From positions 7,440,001 to 7,504,000 of the forward strand of contig NW_024704764.1 of NCBI RefSeq assembly GCF_018977255.1: a stretch of 64,000 nt of DNA, read 5' to 3'. Shown one piece after another: positions 1-43,471 of the stretch (position 1 is the stretch's first letter; each line of letters starts with the position of its first letter). The DNA comes from Callorhinchus milii (taxonomy: Eukaryota). The position numbers and the translations under genes were made by a program. A model generated the notes under the pieces. The model was not told where the DNA came from, searched no databases, and was given only the letters and a program-made list of their open reading frames with translations.

Positions 1-530
1 CACAAAAATCGGGTCTGCCTTCAACCTTCCTCGTTCCAATGAAAAATGTTCCAACATTATAATAATGATAATGATAATATTAAGAGATTATCAATATTAT
101 CCTGTATTATCGTCTTTGTGTGTGATTGTTCCACAGTTACGTGGCTTATCGTATTTTCTTTTTTGATCAGAATATTAGTAAACATGTCCGAACAATTATA
201 ATCAGAGCATCTACTATTTCCTCCACGGCTTCCCTCAGCATTCTTGGATACATACCATCGGGCCCCGGTGACTTTTCCACTTCGAATTCCATCAGCAGTT
301 TTAGTACCACTTCCTTTTCTATAGATATCCCTTCTAATTGCTGCACATCCTCTCGTCCACTCAGTTTGTCCCTCTGTAAAAAAATTACGTATCCCTGCCA
401 GTCCATTCATTTTCCATGACTTTATCCTGTTTCTTCCGCCTCTAATTGGCTCTCTTTAAACTTTCTTTGACTGATTTTTTTTTTAGGTTTTATAAGTTCA
501 TAAAACCCTTTGAGACTTTTTTCCTCGTTA
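1..530 (-). mobile_element. Degraded CR1-type LINE ORF2 fragment
   Basis: - strand peptide EKSPGPDGMYPRMLREAVEEIVDAL is typical of the CR1 region just before the RT domain. Confidence 0.75.
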
Positions 531-539
531 TCTACCAGC

Positions 540-905
540 CTTTCCGGTGGAGGATAATAATCCCTCAAGAAAAAAAATAATAAATTGGTCATTTCAATTC
601 CAGGAGTGTTTGTGGGGACGCTGCTGTGCGCAATTGGCTGCCGCGTTTCGCCACAAATGTACAGTCACTTCACTTTACAGTATATTCTGTGAAGCGCTTT
701 GAGACGTCGAGAAGACGTGAAAAGCGCTCTATCAAATGCAAGGATTATTATTATTATTATTTTTATAACTTCCCTTGGCCTGCAATCACTTATTGACCCA
801 CAAAGTACACATTCCCTCCACTTTACAATATATTCTGTGAAGCGCTTTGAGACATCTCAATGATCTGACAAGACTCGACACCAAATGCAAGGGTTATTAT
901 TATTA
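540..905 (+). mobile_element. 5'-truncated copies of the dominant tRNA-SINE (two tails)
   Basis: Shared body tgtttgtggg..gctgtgcgcaattggctgccgcg.. and tail aaatgcaaggattattatt. Confidence 0.8.
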
Positions 906-1284
906 CACGTCTACATTTTCGACACCCTCTAATTTTCTGTTGTAGTACCTTCAGATTTAATTCATGCCGCTGGTATTTTCATGTTAAGTACTACACTCAT
1001 CCAAAGAGCCTTAGTTTTTATGACTTTATAACTTTATTATTATTTCCCATTTATTACTGTGGGAATGTGCATGATCTGTACCTCATTCATCTGATGTTTG
1101 AAAATTTCCCACTGTTCATCTCTAATAATAATCCTTCCATTTGATAAAGATCTTTCATGTTGGGAGGGTCACACAGTGTTTCATATGATGTAATGACTGT
1201 ATAGTTTGTAGGCTTTGAGACGTCTCGAAGATGTGATAAGGCACCATATCAAATGCAAGGATTATTATTATTATTATTGTTATA

Positions 1285-1575
1285 GGCGAATGCGGCAGTC
1301 AGATTTGCAGACAGCAATGCACCGTGAGTAATCATGAAGTGAATGACCAGTTTTATTTGGGGGATTGCTGGCCGGGGCACCAGAAGAAAATCCCTTCTCT
1401 TTTCGAACAGTTTTATGGCTTCTTTAATCCAACAGGTAGATAGGACTTTGGTTTATCTTTCATCTGAAGGACAGCACCTCCCACAATGGACTGTGAGTTC
1501 AAAAGTGGGGCTTGAACCCATAACCTTCTAACTGCAGAGGCAAGAGTGCTGCCAACTGACCCAGGCTAGACTGAC
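1285..1575 (-). mobile_element. Older Deu-type SINE (SacSINE1/AmnSINE-like) fragment
   Basis: catctgaaggacagcacctcc and ggggcttgaacccataaccttctaact motifs. Similar copies at ~39770-39950, 45400-45590, 47450-47710, 55870-56090, 61030-61340. Confidence 0.55.
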
Positions 1576-1814
1576 CCACGTAATACATATACTGCATAAA
1601 TATATACAGTACTGTAAAGTGGAGAGATTGTATATTTTGCAGAGTATTTTATATGTATATCAAATACATTTCACCCACAAAATCTACAGTGAATTCACTT
1701 TGCAGTATATTCGGCAATGCGCTTTGAGACGTCTCGAAGATGCGATACGACGTTGTATCAATGCAAAGACAATTAGATTATTATCATTAAATATAAAAAA
1801 AATCATATGTATCA

Positions 1815-1927
1815 TCTATTGCCTTGTCCCCAGTCCATAGCCTTGTCCCCAATCTATTGCCTTGTCCCCAGTCTAGCGCTATATTGCCTTTTCCCCAGTC
1901 TAGTGCTATATTGCCTTGTCCCAGTCT
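1815..1927 (+). repeat. 26-bp minisatellite, left part (~4-5 degenerate units)
   Basis: Repeats of ctatattgccttgtccccagtct. Confidence 0.85.
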
Positions 1928-1928
1928 T

Positions 1929-2765
1929 GGCTGGACTCTCCACCTCTCAAAGCCAGTCAGGAACCTCGGCGTTTTGTTCGACCCTGAGCTGTCCTTTCTC
2001 CCTCACATCCGCACCACAACTGGCACCGCCTTCCATCACCTCCGGAACATCGCCAGACTACGGCACTACCTCACCCCTCACGCTGCTGAAACCCTGGTCC
2101 ACGCCTTCGTCACCTCAAGGCTGGACTATGGGAACTCTCTCCTCGCCGGCCTTCCACCTGCCTCCACACTGCAGGTCATTCAGAACTCTGCAGCTCGTGT
2201 ACTGTCCCGCACCAGGCTTCGGGACCACATCACTCCCACCCTCGCTCGCCTCCACTGGCTCCCCATCCCCCAGAGGATTGATTTCAAGATCCTCATCCTC
2301 ACCTACAAGGCCATTCACGGCCTTGCTCCCTCCTACCTCTCCGACCTACTATCCCCCTACTTACCTGCCCGTACCCTCCGTTCCTCTGGCTCCGGTCTGC
2401 TCCACGTCCCCCGCCCCAATCGCCCTACCATCGGTGGTCGGGCCTTCAGCCTCTCAGCCCCGAGGCTCTGGAACTCCATCCCCCAGTGCCTTCGCCGCTT
2501 CCTCCCTCTCCTCCTTCAAGGCTGGTCTCAAAACCTTTCTCTTTGACCGAGCCTTCAGCTCCCCTCTCGACTCTCTTCCCCCTCCTCGCTCCCTCCCTTC
2601 CCTCCCCTCACCCTGACCATTTCCCCCCTCCTCGCTCCCTCCCCTCCCTCACCCTGACCATTTCCCCCTGCTCGGGTCATGACCCAACTGTGCAGCGCCT
2701 TGGGACGTCCTCCTGACGTGAAAGGCGCTCTATAAATGGAATCTTGTTGTTGTTGTTGTTGTTGT
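1929..2765 (+). mobile_element. 5'-truncated L2-clade LINE with (TTG)n tail
   Basis: ORF2 C-terminus VRNLGVLFD...SRLDYGNSLLAG...HITPTLARLHWLP...RAFS..APRLWNS. Near-identical to 31390-32130. Confidence 0.92.
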
Positions 2766-3771
2766 AGTGCTATATTGCCTTGTCCCAGTCTAGCCCTATA
2801 TTGCCTTGTCCCCAGTCTGGACTATATTGCCCTGTCCCCAGTCTGGGCTATATTGCCTTGTGCCCAGTCTGAGCTATATTGCCTTGTGCCCAGTCTGAGC
2901 TATATTGCCTTGTGCCCAGTCTGGGCTATATTGCCTTGTCCCCAGTCTGGGCTATATTGCCTTGTCCCCAGTCTGGGCTATATTGCCTTGTGCCAGTCTG
3001 GGCTATATTGCCCTGTGCCCAGTCTGGGCTATATTGCCCTGTGCCCAGTCTGGGCTATATTGCGCTGTGCCCAGCCTGGGCTATATTGCCCTGTGCCCAG
3101 TCTGGGCTATATTGCCCTGTGCCCAGTCTGGGCTATATTGCCCTGTGCCCAGTCTGGGCTGTATTGCCCTGTGCCCAGTCTGGGCTGTATTGCCCGGTGC
3201 CCAGTCTGGGCTATATTGCCCGGTGCCCAGTCTGGGCTATATTGCCCTGTGCCCAGTCTGGGCTGTATTGCCCTGTGCCCAGTCTGGGCTGTATTGCCCT
3301 GTGCCCAGTCTGGGTATATTGCCCTGTGCCCAGTCTGGGCTGTATTGCCCTGTGCCCAGTCTGGGTATATTGCCCTGTGCCCAGTCTGGGCTGTATTGCC
3401 CTGTGCCCAGTCTGGGCTATATTGCCCTGTGCCCAGTCTGGGCTGTATTGCCCTGTGCCCAGTCTGGGCTATATTGCCCTGTGCCCAGTCTGGGCTATAT
3501 TGCCCTGTGCCCAGTCTGGGCTGTATTGCCCTGTGCCCAGTCTGGGCTGTATTGCCCTGTGCCCAGTCTGGGCTGTATTGCCCTGTGCCCAGTCTGGGCT
3601 GTATTGCCCTGTGCCCAGTCTGGGCTGTATTGCCCTGTGCCCAGTCTGGGCTATATTGCCCTGTGCCCAGTCTGGGCTATATTGCCCTGTGCCCAGTCTG
3701 GGCTATATTGCCCTGTGCCCAGTCTGGGCTATATTGCCCTGTGCCCAGTCTGGGCTATATTGCCCTGTGCC
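2765..3771 (+). repeat. 26-bp minisatellite, main array (~38 units of GCCCAGTCTGGGCT(A/G)TATTGCCCTGT)
   Basis: Period 26 read directly (unit starts at 3121 and 3147). Confidence 0.97.
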
Positions 3772-3929
3772 CTGAGAGCGGCGCTATGCCTTTGTTGCGG
3801 ACCACAGTCGGGATCTCGGAGCAGGAAGTGGCTGCGGAGCCGCAGCAGCGACTCTGGAGAGGGAGAAGGAGAGAGAAGAGAAAGGAGGAAGAAGGGGGAA
3901 GAGAAAAAGTTCGGGAAGAAGCGGAGACG

Positions 3930-34383
<30,454 letters not shown>

Positions 34384-36785
34384 ACGGGACGAGGAGCTCT
34401 CCTGCCTCTCCCAGACGCGGCCAAAGACACACCGCACCCATGGTCTCGGGTCGCTCCAAGGATAGTGACCTTGACCTGCTGTCAGCAGCAGGAGCTGCTG
34501 CACGTTGTGCCCCCGAACATCCAGCCTCCGGGTTGATCTGTCTCGAGCACCCCCCTCCCCCCCCACACCTTCCATCCCCATCCCACCCCTACCCTCACGC
34601 CGGACTGGGAATGCCGGGCTGGGAATACCCATGCTCCGGGTTGGGAAGCGTTGAGCCAGCCTACGCCGAGGAGTGCTGGTGAAAGGAACACTTAAGAGGG
34701 CTGGCAGCGGGGCGACGGAGACCAAACCATAGAGTCTCGGAGCTCGGACACCGGCACGCAAGGAGCCCGGCCGCTCGGGCTCAGCCTTTAATGTGAATGT
34801 ATTTCTCTCGGATGGTGATGATGATGATGATGATGATGATGATGAGCAGGGCAGAGCCCCTGACGTTCTTTTTTCTCAAAGTGTTCTTGAGACATTTGAG
34901 CTACAGACGCACACACAGCGCCTTTCCAACTAGTATGGACCCCCTCCCACCAAGCCCCCGTTTCCCCCCCACCCACCCCACCAACTCCCTCCATGGCCCC
35001 ACCTCCCCCCCCCACAGCCTCCCACACGCGGCGATAGAGGTATTTGCGCACAGCTGTGTCCCACAAGTAGCCATGTTGAGTGGGTGACCAATTGTATTCG
35101 GGGTTGGGGGAAATGGGGGTTGTGGTTCTGTAATAGTGAGACCAAGAATGCTCCAGCCAGTTCCTACATAATGTCCCCACTTTTATAATCAGCGCCTATT
35201 TTTAAATCGATCGCTCCCTGGTACCCTGTTCCCTCTGCTGCCCACACCCCATGGCGTTAGTTATTTACGCTTCAGGTAACACTCGTACTACTGATTTTCT
35301 TTTTTCTATGAAGTGCAGAACCTCACCACAGCCTCTTAACCGAACGGCATTTGCCTCGTGAGTGAACGTCTCCCCAGTCTGTCCTGTGGGAGGACGAAAC
35401 CCAGATTACAGTTACACACTCTATTTGCAGAAAGTCCCCCTTCCTCACCCACCCATCCACCCACCCACTCTCGCACTGATTGCCCTCAAACACCCCCACC
35501 CAAGGGTCTCTGTGTTCCCCACCCCCCTCCCCACCCCACCGCACAGTGGCTGGTGCTTGGAGCCTTGACCCACCAACCGTTCTCCCTCCCATCCTCCCCA
35601 CCCCGACCAGTATCAAACACAATCCAATTTTTATTGCTGAGAATAAGTAAATGTCACTCTATTTTTAATCAGTGTTTCTGTTCTTATTCTCAAAGAGAAA
35701 AGGCTGATTTTATTCCCGGAATCACAACAGTCCCACGTCTCAGGGAACCTGCAATGCAGTTTAAGCTCTGCGTCCGTGTTCTCTCTCTTGTTCTTGTTCC
35801 TCCTTTCCTTTCACACACACACACACACACAATAATTCTCCCACTCTCTCTGTCGCACACTATCGCTCACAGACTCGCAAACTTACCACGTAATATAATA
35901 ATAATTCTTGCAGATATAGCACCTTATCGTGTCTGAGACGTCTCAAATACGCACACTTTCGTGCATACACAGATTCGGCCACTCTCACTGTTTCGCTGCT
36001 TCACACACTCACACTCACTGTCTCATTGATTTACACTTGACTGTCCAGAACACCAGGAAGTGAAAATTCTACGCGGAGAGTATTTACAATAGCTATCAGG
36101 ACTTGGGAGAGGCTGGGCCTCTCACTCTTCTGCTTCCTGCTGTGTTGGCACCAGCTGTTAGTGCTTCGGGAAACGGATAAAGGCTCATCTCTGACCCAAA
36201 GGCCGGCCATTTGTGGAAGAGGCACTGACCATACCTTGCCTTTGAGGAGTGCATCCTCTATTAGAATTGGCTGCTGTAACACACATATCTCTAGCTCCAA
36301 CAACAACTTGCATTTATCTAGAGCCCTTCACGCAGGGTAGCGTCCCGGGACGGAATCTGACAATGAGCCAGGGGGAGAGGGAGGGGGGTGGGGAGGTGAC
36401 CGTAAGCACGATCAAAAAGGAAGGTCTTTAGGCGGGATCTCCGTCACTGGGTGGGTATCAGTTATTCCCCATCAGGGCTGGAATAAGGCAGGGCTGTCTC
36501 CATTCCTCCTCCTCCTCCTCTTCATCCTCCTCCTCCACCCTTTTCATCCTCTGCATTAAACCCACTAGTCCATCAGGAGGGACCCTAGGAGTCCCTCACA
36601 CAGGAGTCAGCTCTCCCCATCCGCGGATGCCATCACTGCTTGTTGCTCAGGTCCTCGCTCGGACTCCAGGTCGCTGTGGATACCCGACCGCTTTGAATGG
36701 TCTCGAGCGGTAAGATGGACCAGGAGGTCAGGTGGGGTCGTGCACTGCGGTAACTGGTCTGACCTCACTTCACCCTGTAACAAAT

Positions 36786-37159
36786 ATAATAAACCTTGCA
36801 TTTGATATAGCGCCTTATCACGTCTTTGAGACGTCTCAAAGCGCTTCACAGGGTACACTGTGAATAAAGTGAATTGACTGCATGATTTGTGGGTGAAACG
36901 TGGCAGCCAATTGCACGCAGCAGCGCCCCACACACAGTCATGGATTGAAGTGGCCAATTTATTATTATTTTTTTTGAAGGAATTATTACCTCCGGAAAAG
37001 CGATCCGCCAATCGACTAACAACCAGGTTCCCACTTACCGTTAGGTAAACAGGCATGTGGAGTAAGGAAACTTACCCAACATTTTGCCGGGCTGGAAATC
37101 GAACCCAGGTCTCTCGCTTGCGAGGCGAGTGCTCTAACCACTGAGCTACAGGACTCCAC
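36786..37159 (-). mobile_element. tRNA-derived SINE, full length
   Basis: Consensus match ending ctgagctacaggactccac. Confidence 0.9.
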
Positions 37160-38066
37160 ACACCCTAGGATGTACCCAGGATGGCTGTCCAACGCTGAGA
37201 ACAGCTTGGATGGTTTGTCTTATAAGTAAGACTTTCCTAGATAGACAGTGAAACCATGAGGGGCGAGACAACAGTAAAGCAATAAATGCAAAGTGTGCCT
37301 TGTTCGTAGATTATATTTTCCCGATAAAATATTGATTTGGGGGAAAACAAACTCTTGACAGTCACGGGTTGTATAACTTTTTATTGTGCCATCAACTGAG
37401 AGATAGAAGGCTTCGCTCAACTAGGAATGAATTCAGCATTTTATCTGATGAACTACGAAAAAACACACACAATACAACCCCCTGCATTCATATAGCGCCC
37501 TTCACACGGGGTAGCATCTCGGAGAGCTTAACAGTGGTGGAGTCTAATACCGAGTCTGGAACAGAGGGGAAGAGGAAAGACTTCAGGTGTGATCTGAAGA
37601 TGGGAAAAGAGGAGGGAAAGGTGGAGGGATTAAAACAGGGAGTCATACACACAGACACACGCAGATACTCAATCTACGACTGGTTACTCAATCTACGACT
37701 GTTTGTGGGATGCTGCTGTACGCAATTGTCTCGAAGACATGATAAAGCGCTGTATCAAATGCAAGGATTATGATTATTATTATGATATACATAGAAACAC
37801 CCCCACACCCACAAAAAAGCAACATATAGCGTGAGTTCAGTACACACAGACACAATTGGGCTCCAGCACACAATGTCCATGTTTGCGAGGATTCTCGCGA
37901 CCATCTTAAGCTTGAGTGAATGTGATAAAAATTCCAAAGATTCAGACTTGAGGACCGGCACATGAACCGTAGCCATAGATTAGTGTCTCGCTGGGTTCTA
38001 CAAACTAGGAAGACATTTTGTTGCATTGATAAATATTCATAGGATGTTGGTCTGTCAGTGTCCTGC

Positions 38067-38760
<694 letters not shown>

Positions 38761-39477
38761 ACAGCCCTGCTGTCAGGTCTGGGAGGAGACCGGGCCTCTG
38801 TTTCGCCTGCTTCCTGTTGTGTTGGAACCGGCTGAGCTGTCGGTGCACTGGGGAGCTGGGCCGGGGCGAGGGCTGGGACTGTGATGCTGCATATTGTGCT
38901 TTTTGTGGAAGGGTTTTGTTTTCAGCAATGGCATAGCAACACCATTGTTCGTCGGATCAAAGGATCATCACGGACCTGACGGAACTCAGCCTCCCCAACC
39001 CCCGCTCCCCCCTCGAGGCAATCAGTACTGAAGAATGGTCGGAGTCTCAGCAGTAACAGGGGAGTGAGGTTGTGGGGGCGGGGGGGGTGGTGGAGGTGGT
39101 GGGGGGTGGGGGGTAATGAGAATGGCTGTGGGTACTTCTCCCCATACAGCACAGTCTGGATCGGGAACGCAGAGAATTCCAAGATGTGTGTGTTTTGCCC
39201 AGGAGCACCGGACACAGGGCAACAGAGTAGCCCGACTGACCCCCTGACCAGCGCCTTGGGACGTCCTCCCGATGTGAAAGGCACTTTACAAACGTAATCT
39301 GTTGTTGTGGTTGACTTCAATACTGACCCTGACCCCACCCCCCTGTTCCACCGAACACTGACCCCCGCTCCCCTGACCCCTGCTTTACTGAATCGTGACT
39401 CTCTTTCTCTCTCTTTCTCTCCCGCCCCCACCCTTCCCCCACGGTGAAGGAAAGAGAAGGGCCAGAATGGCAGTGAG

Positions 39478-39655
39478 TGCATTTTCAATCTACGACTGTT
39501 TGGGGGACATTGCTGTGTGCAATTGGCTGCCGCGTTCGCCCACAAATATACAGTCAATTCACTTTACAGTCTATTCTGTGAAGCGCTTCGGGACGTCTAG
39601 AAGACGTGAAAAGTACTATATCAAATGCAAGGATTTTATTATCATTATTATTATT
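39478..39655 (+). mobile_element. 5'-truncated SINE
   Basis: 3' body and (TTA)n tail. Similar pieces at 14108-14258, 22705-22880 and 41715-41880. Confidence 0.85.
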
Positions 39656-41168
39656 TAACGTTCAATGGGGGCGGGTGAAACTAGGGGCAGAAAGACCAAG
39701 AGAGGGACCCAGCCACTGAGCCACAAGGGCAGCCACTTCCATAAGGTCTCCACAAAGACCCATGTTTTTTGTTTCTGGAGTGCACTGACCAACAACTGAA
39801 ACATGTTCCATGTCTCGTCTGAAGGCCGGCACCTCCAACAGCACAGCGCTCCCCCAACACTGTACTGGAGTGTCAGCCTGGACTCTCTTGAGTTCAAAAG
39901 CACTCGTCCCCTAACCCTGAGAAAAGACGCTTCACATCCAGAACCGAGCCCCAATTATTCACATCGTCCTTTCCTTCGTTTCTACCTCCGTCCTGACCAA
40001 GGGAGGCTGTGACTAACAATAGAATTGGAAGCTGAGTGGGGATTTTGTAGGCTTAACATGTGCAACCAGCTTCTGCTGCTTAGTTCAGGGGATTTATTCT
40101 AAATATAGATAGCGTTGCGTCAACTATGTGAATGTTGCCAGATTAACCCCTTGCCTGCTGCCAGTGATTACTCACACCTCATGCTGATCCCACGCTAAAC
40201 ATACTCCAGAGAGTCCCTGAGCATCCAAATCCCAAGCTTACACACACACACGCCTCACACACACACACACACCTCACGCCATCTCACACAAACCTCATGC
40301 CAGCTCACACAAACCCGCCAGCTCACACAAGCACACCCAATGCAAGTACACACCACCTCACATGCACCTCACACCAACTTACACACATCTTTCACCCGCG
40401 CACACACCTCACACCAGTTCAGACACACACACACACACACCCAGCTCATATACGCACACCTGACACTAGTAAACACTACCTCACACACACACCAGCTCAC
40501 ACACACCTCACACACCTCACGCCAGATCACACAGCTCACACACAACTTCCACGTATCTCACACCAGCTCACAATCATGTTGAACGTATAATCCTAATTTC
40601 CCGTGATGGAAACAAGCAGTTCCCATGTCAACAAACTTCCACACCATCAATCCCCCACTGCATCACTTGCCCATTCCACACTGCAGTGCCATGCACCACT
40701 CAATCATCTACTCCTCTCCCACATCAACAAGCACCACTGCATCCCCTGCTTCTCCCCAACGGATTACCATGCTGCAATATGCATTCCCCACTGCATCACC
40801 CGCCTGTCCCCCATGCAGGGCCAAACACCCCTGCATTGGCGAGGTGTCAGACTCCTACTCACACCAACGTCACCTCCTACGTCAACAATGGAAAGAGAGA
40901 CATCTGTCTTGGTCAGTGTGTGGCCTTGGTGCTCATTCCTCCAACCCGTATGTGCACACGAAAGTCAACAGCGTGCAATGTCCCAATCAGAGCGACCCAT
41001 GTGCCCACACTATCAATGCCAGGCACCTGCAGTTTGTGCCCATTGCTTGGCGCGATGCCTCACAGCGCCTGGTCGCTGGCAATCATCACGTGCCGCCCAC
41101 TTGTTTACCATTGGGAAGCCCAGCTCCTAGCGGCATCAGTCGCTGGGCACACTGGCTCAGAACAGGAC

Positions 41169-41564
41169 ATGGTCACTTTGCCATCCTCCCCTGATCTCAG
41201 GAGGCTGCGTTGGGTCCTGGCAGCATGTCTGATGTTGACTCATTCGGCAGTGCCCGACCTGGCGAGAGACAACGCTGTCCTGGCCAAGAGCGAGGCTGAC
41301 TATGTGTTGGCTGATTACTGGGGTAGAGGCTGCGTCGCTGAAAACGGATTCGTGTTTGCGGTCGGAGCCAGATACTACCCCAGTTCAACAGCTTGTCCCT
41401 GCACCTGCACCGAGGAGGGGCCGGTGTGCACCAAACCCGACTGCCCTAGAATCCACCCTCGCTGCATCCGTGTCACGTACCAAGGCTGCTGTCCACGGTG
41501 CCAGAAGATACGCAAGATGTGCGAATATGGGGGCCGAATGTTCAAACCCTTCCAGGAGTTCTTG
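41169..41564 (+). CDS. Brorin/VWC2-family protein, coding exon 1 (signal + first vWC domain); start uncertain
   Basis: DYWGRGCVAENGFVF...CPCTCTEEGPVCTKPDCPRIHPRC...CCPRC...CEYGGRMFKPFQEFL matches the VWC2/VWC2L pattern; donor gtaact. A possible alternative acceptor lies at 41200. Confidence 0.88.
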
Positions 41565-41894
41565 GTAACTTTCCAACTCTTTGTGGGGGAAATGTACTGC
41601 TGCTTTTAAACTGCTTTGCAATCGATGTATTTTTTGTCTTACAGTACTATGTCTCCCTTCTGTTCCTGCAGACGAGGTGTTCTGATGGCTTAGCAAGTTT
41701 ATCTTACAGAAATAATAATAATTTGGTCACTTCAATCCACGCTGTTTGTGGGACACTGCTGTGCGCAATTGGCTGCTGAGTTCCACCCACAATATATAGT
41801 CAATTCACTTTACAGTATGTTCTGGGAAAGAGTTTGAGACGTCTCAAAGGTGCTACATCGAATGCAAGGATTATTATTTTTATCTACTGAATCT

Positions 41895-42200
41895 CTTTGA
41901 GCTACATATTGGAAGTTTGCAAGTTTCATGTCCTCGTCTGTGCTCGATTACTGATCTCAGCGAAGATGCGACTTGTAGGATTTGCAATGAGCCTCTGGGC
42001 TCTTGGGTTTGAGAGGGGGTAAATTTGACAGCAGTCTCGTCATTGATCACTATTCAGAGACCTACCTGCTCATAAATGCACGGGTGAATGTTGGTGAGGG
42101 CGGGATCAGGACTTGCCTGAATGCTCCCAATGTCCATTAACCCATCTTGACAGCACGATGGAGCTGGTTGATGGACCGGTGGATAGTCTAATGGGAGCGC
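41895..42200 (+). mobile_element. Ancient LF-SINE-like repeat
   Basis: gtctgtgct...ctgatctcag...tgatcactattcag...ggtgagg.c.ggatcagg resembles a recalled vertebrate LF-SINE-like consensus. Confidence 0.35.
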
Positions 42201-42964
42201 GTTCTCAGTGTAGGCACCTGAACAATCAGCAAAACCACAACCGCAACCGAACCGTGGCGGCAAAACATTTGGGCCAAAAATTCACAACTTTCTTGTCATT
42301 TAATTTGTGGATCTTTTGAACGGGAAAATGTCAGCTGAGGCAGGATGATGGCAATAATGATCCTTGCATTTTATAGAGCGGCTTATCGCATCTTCGAGAC
42401 ATCTCAAAGCGCTCTCATGATCTGCTCTGGGTCTGCTCCCTGTAAGTAAGGTGGCTGTCGTTGTTGTCTTTTCAAGCTAATTTGCCAGGCATTGACTCCT
42501 TTCAATGCATTGCGCGTGGGCGGCACTGAAATCCTTTGCCAACGAGCGACTGCGGTATTGACAAAAGGTATGCGGTGCAACGGCGTCACCTGCCAACCAC
42601 AAGGTGGTACTGCAAGAAACATCCAGTGAAGTTACCACCACCATCGCATTGCCCTGAGCCACGCCCTGCGCTGCCCGAACTACCCCTCCGCTGCTTCAGA
42701 CCGCAATCCTGCCGTGCGCCATCGGCTGCCGCGTTTTGCGCCCCACGCACGCAGTCGCCACGCTTTTAGAGTAGTGCAGTGGTCAACGCTATTCTGTAGC
42801 ACGCCGCGAGTCGTCTCGAAGGTGCGATCAGGCGCGCTTATCAAACGCAAGGATTATTATCATCGACGCACGTGGCGTCCCGAGATTTTCGAGACGGAAC
42901 GTTTTGTCGCCGAGCCTGAATCCGTGAGATCCGGCATGAGCGTGAATGTCTCGTGTTCCTGCAG

Positions 42965-43094
42965 CTGTCTCCCTGTGAGAGGTGCCGGTGTGAAGCTAAC
43001 CGAGCCGTGTACTGTTTGACCACGGAATGCGCTCGTGTGCTCTGCGTCAATCCTTCGTATGAATCCAAACTGTGCTGCCCTATCTGCAAACAGG
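42965..43094 (+). CDS. Brorin/VWC2-family coding exon 2
   Basis: LSPCERCRCEANRAVYCLTTECARVLCVNPSYESKLCCPICKQG; cag|..|gtaagt. Confidence 0.92.
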
Positions 43095-43471
43095 GTAAGT
43101 GACTAACAGAGTAAGTGGAGCATCTTGGCGTTAAATAAGCGGCTGCTTTAGCTCAAACATGATGTTTGCGAGTGTGCTGGCTTCCTCGGGATATACTACA
43201 TTTGGGAATGAACAGCACTGCCTTTTCCCACAGCGCCTTAGAACAACAATTTGCACTAATTGAATATCTTTCAGAACGAGATATGTAGCTTGTTGTGGGA
43301 AGAGACTGAGCACTGGAAAAATTCTGGATAATCTGGAGCTCATACCACTAGTGGTCCTTCATTGTTAGTAAAATCACTACATAATTAGTACAACTAACAT
43401 AATTATACGTTTCTTGTATTGTATTCTTTCTACAAGTAAGTTTAATTTCCTGATGTTTTCTGTCACTGCAG

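Noticed and set aside
2765-3771. CRISPR-like array of palindromic repeats
   Set aside because: Units are contiguous with no unique spacers, there are no cas genes, and the context is vertebrate. It is a minisatellite.
40603-41168. Long overlapping ORFs upstream of the VWC2-like exon
   Set aside because: C/A-rich, stop-poor sequence with no recognisable domain. Similarity to VWC2 begins only after ~41170.
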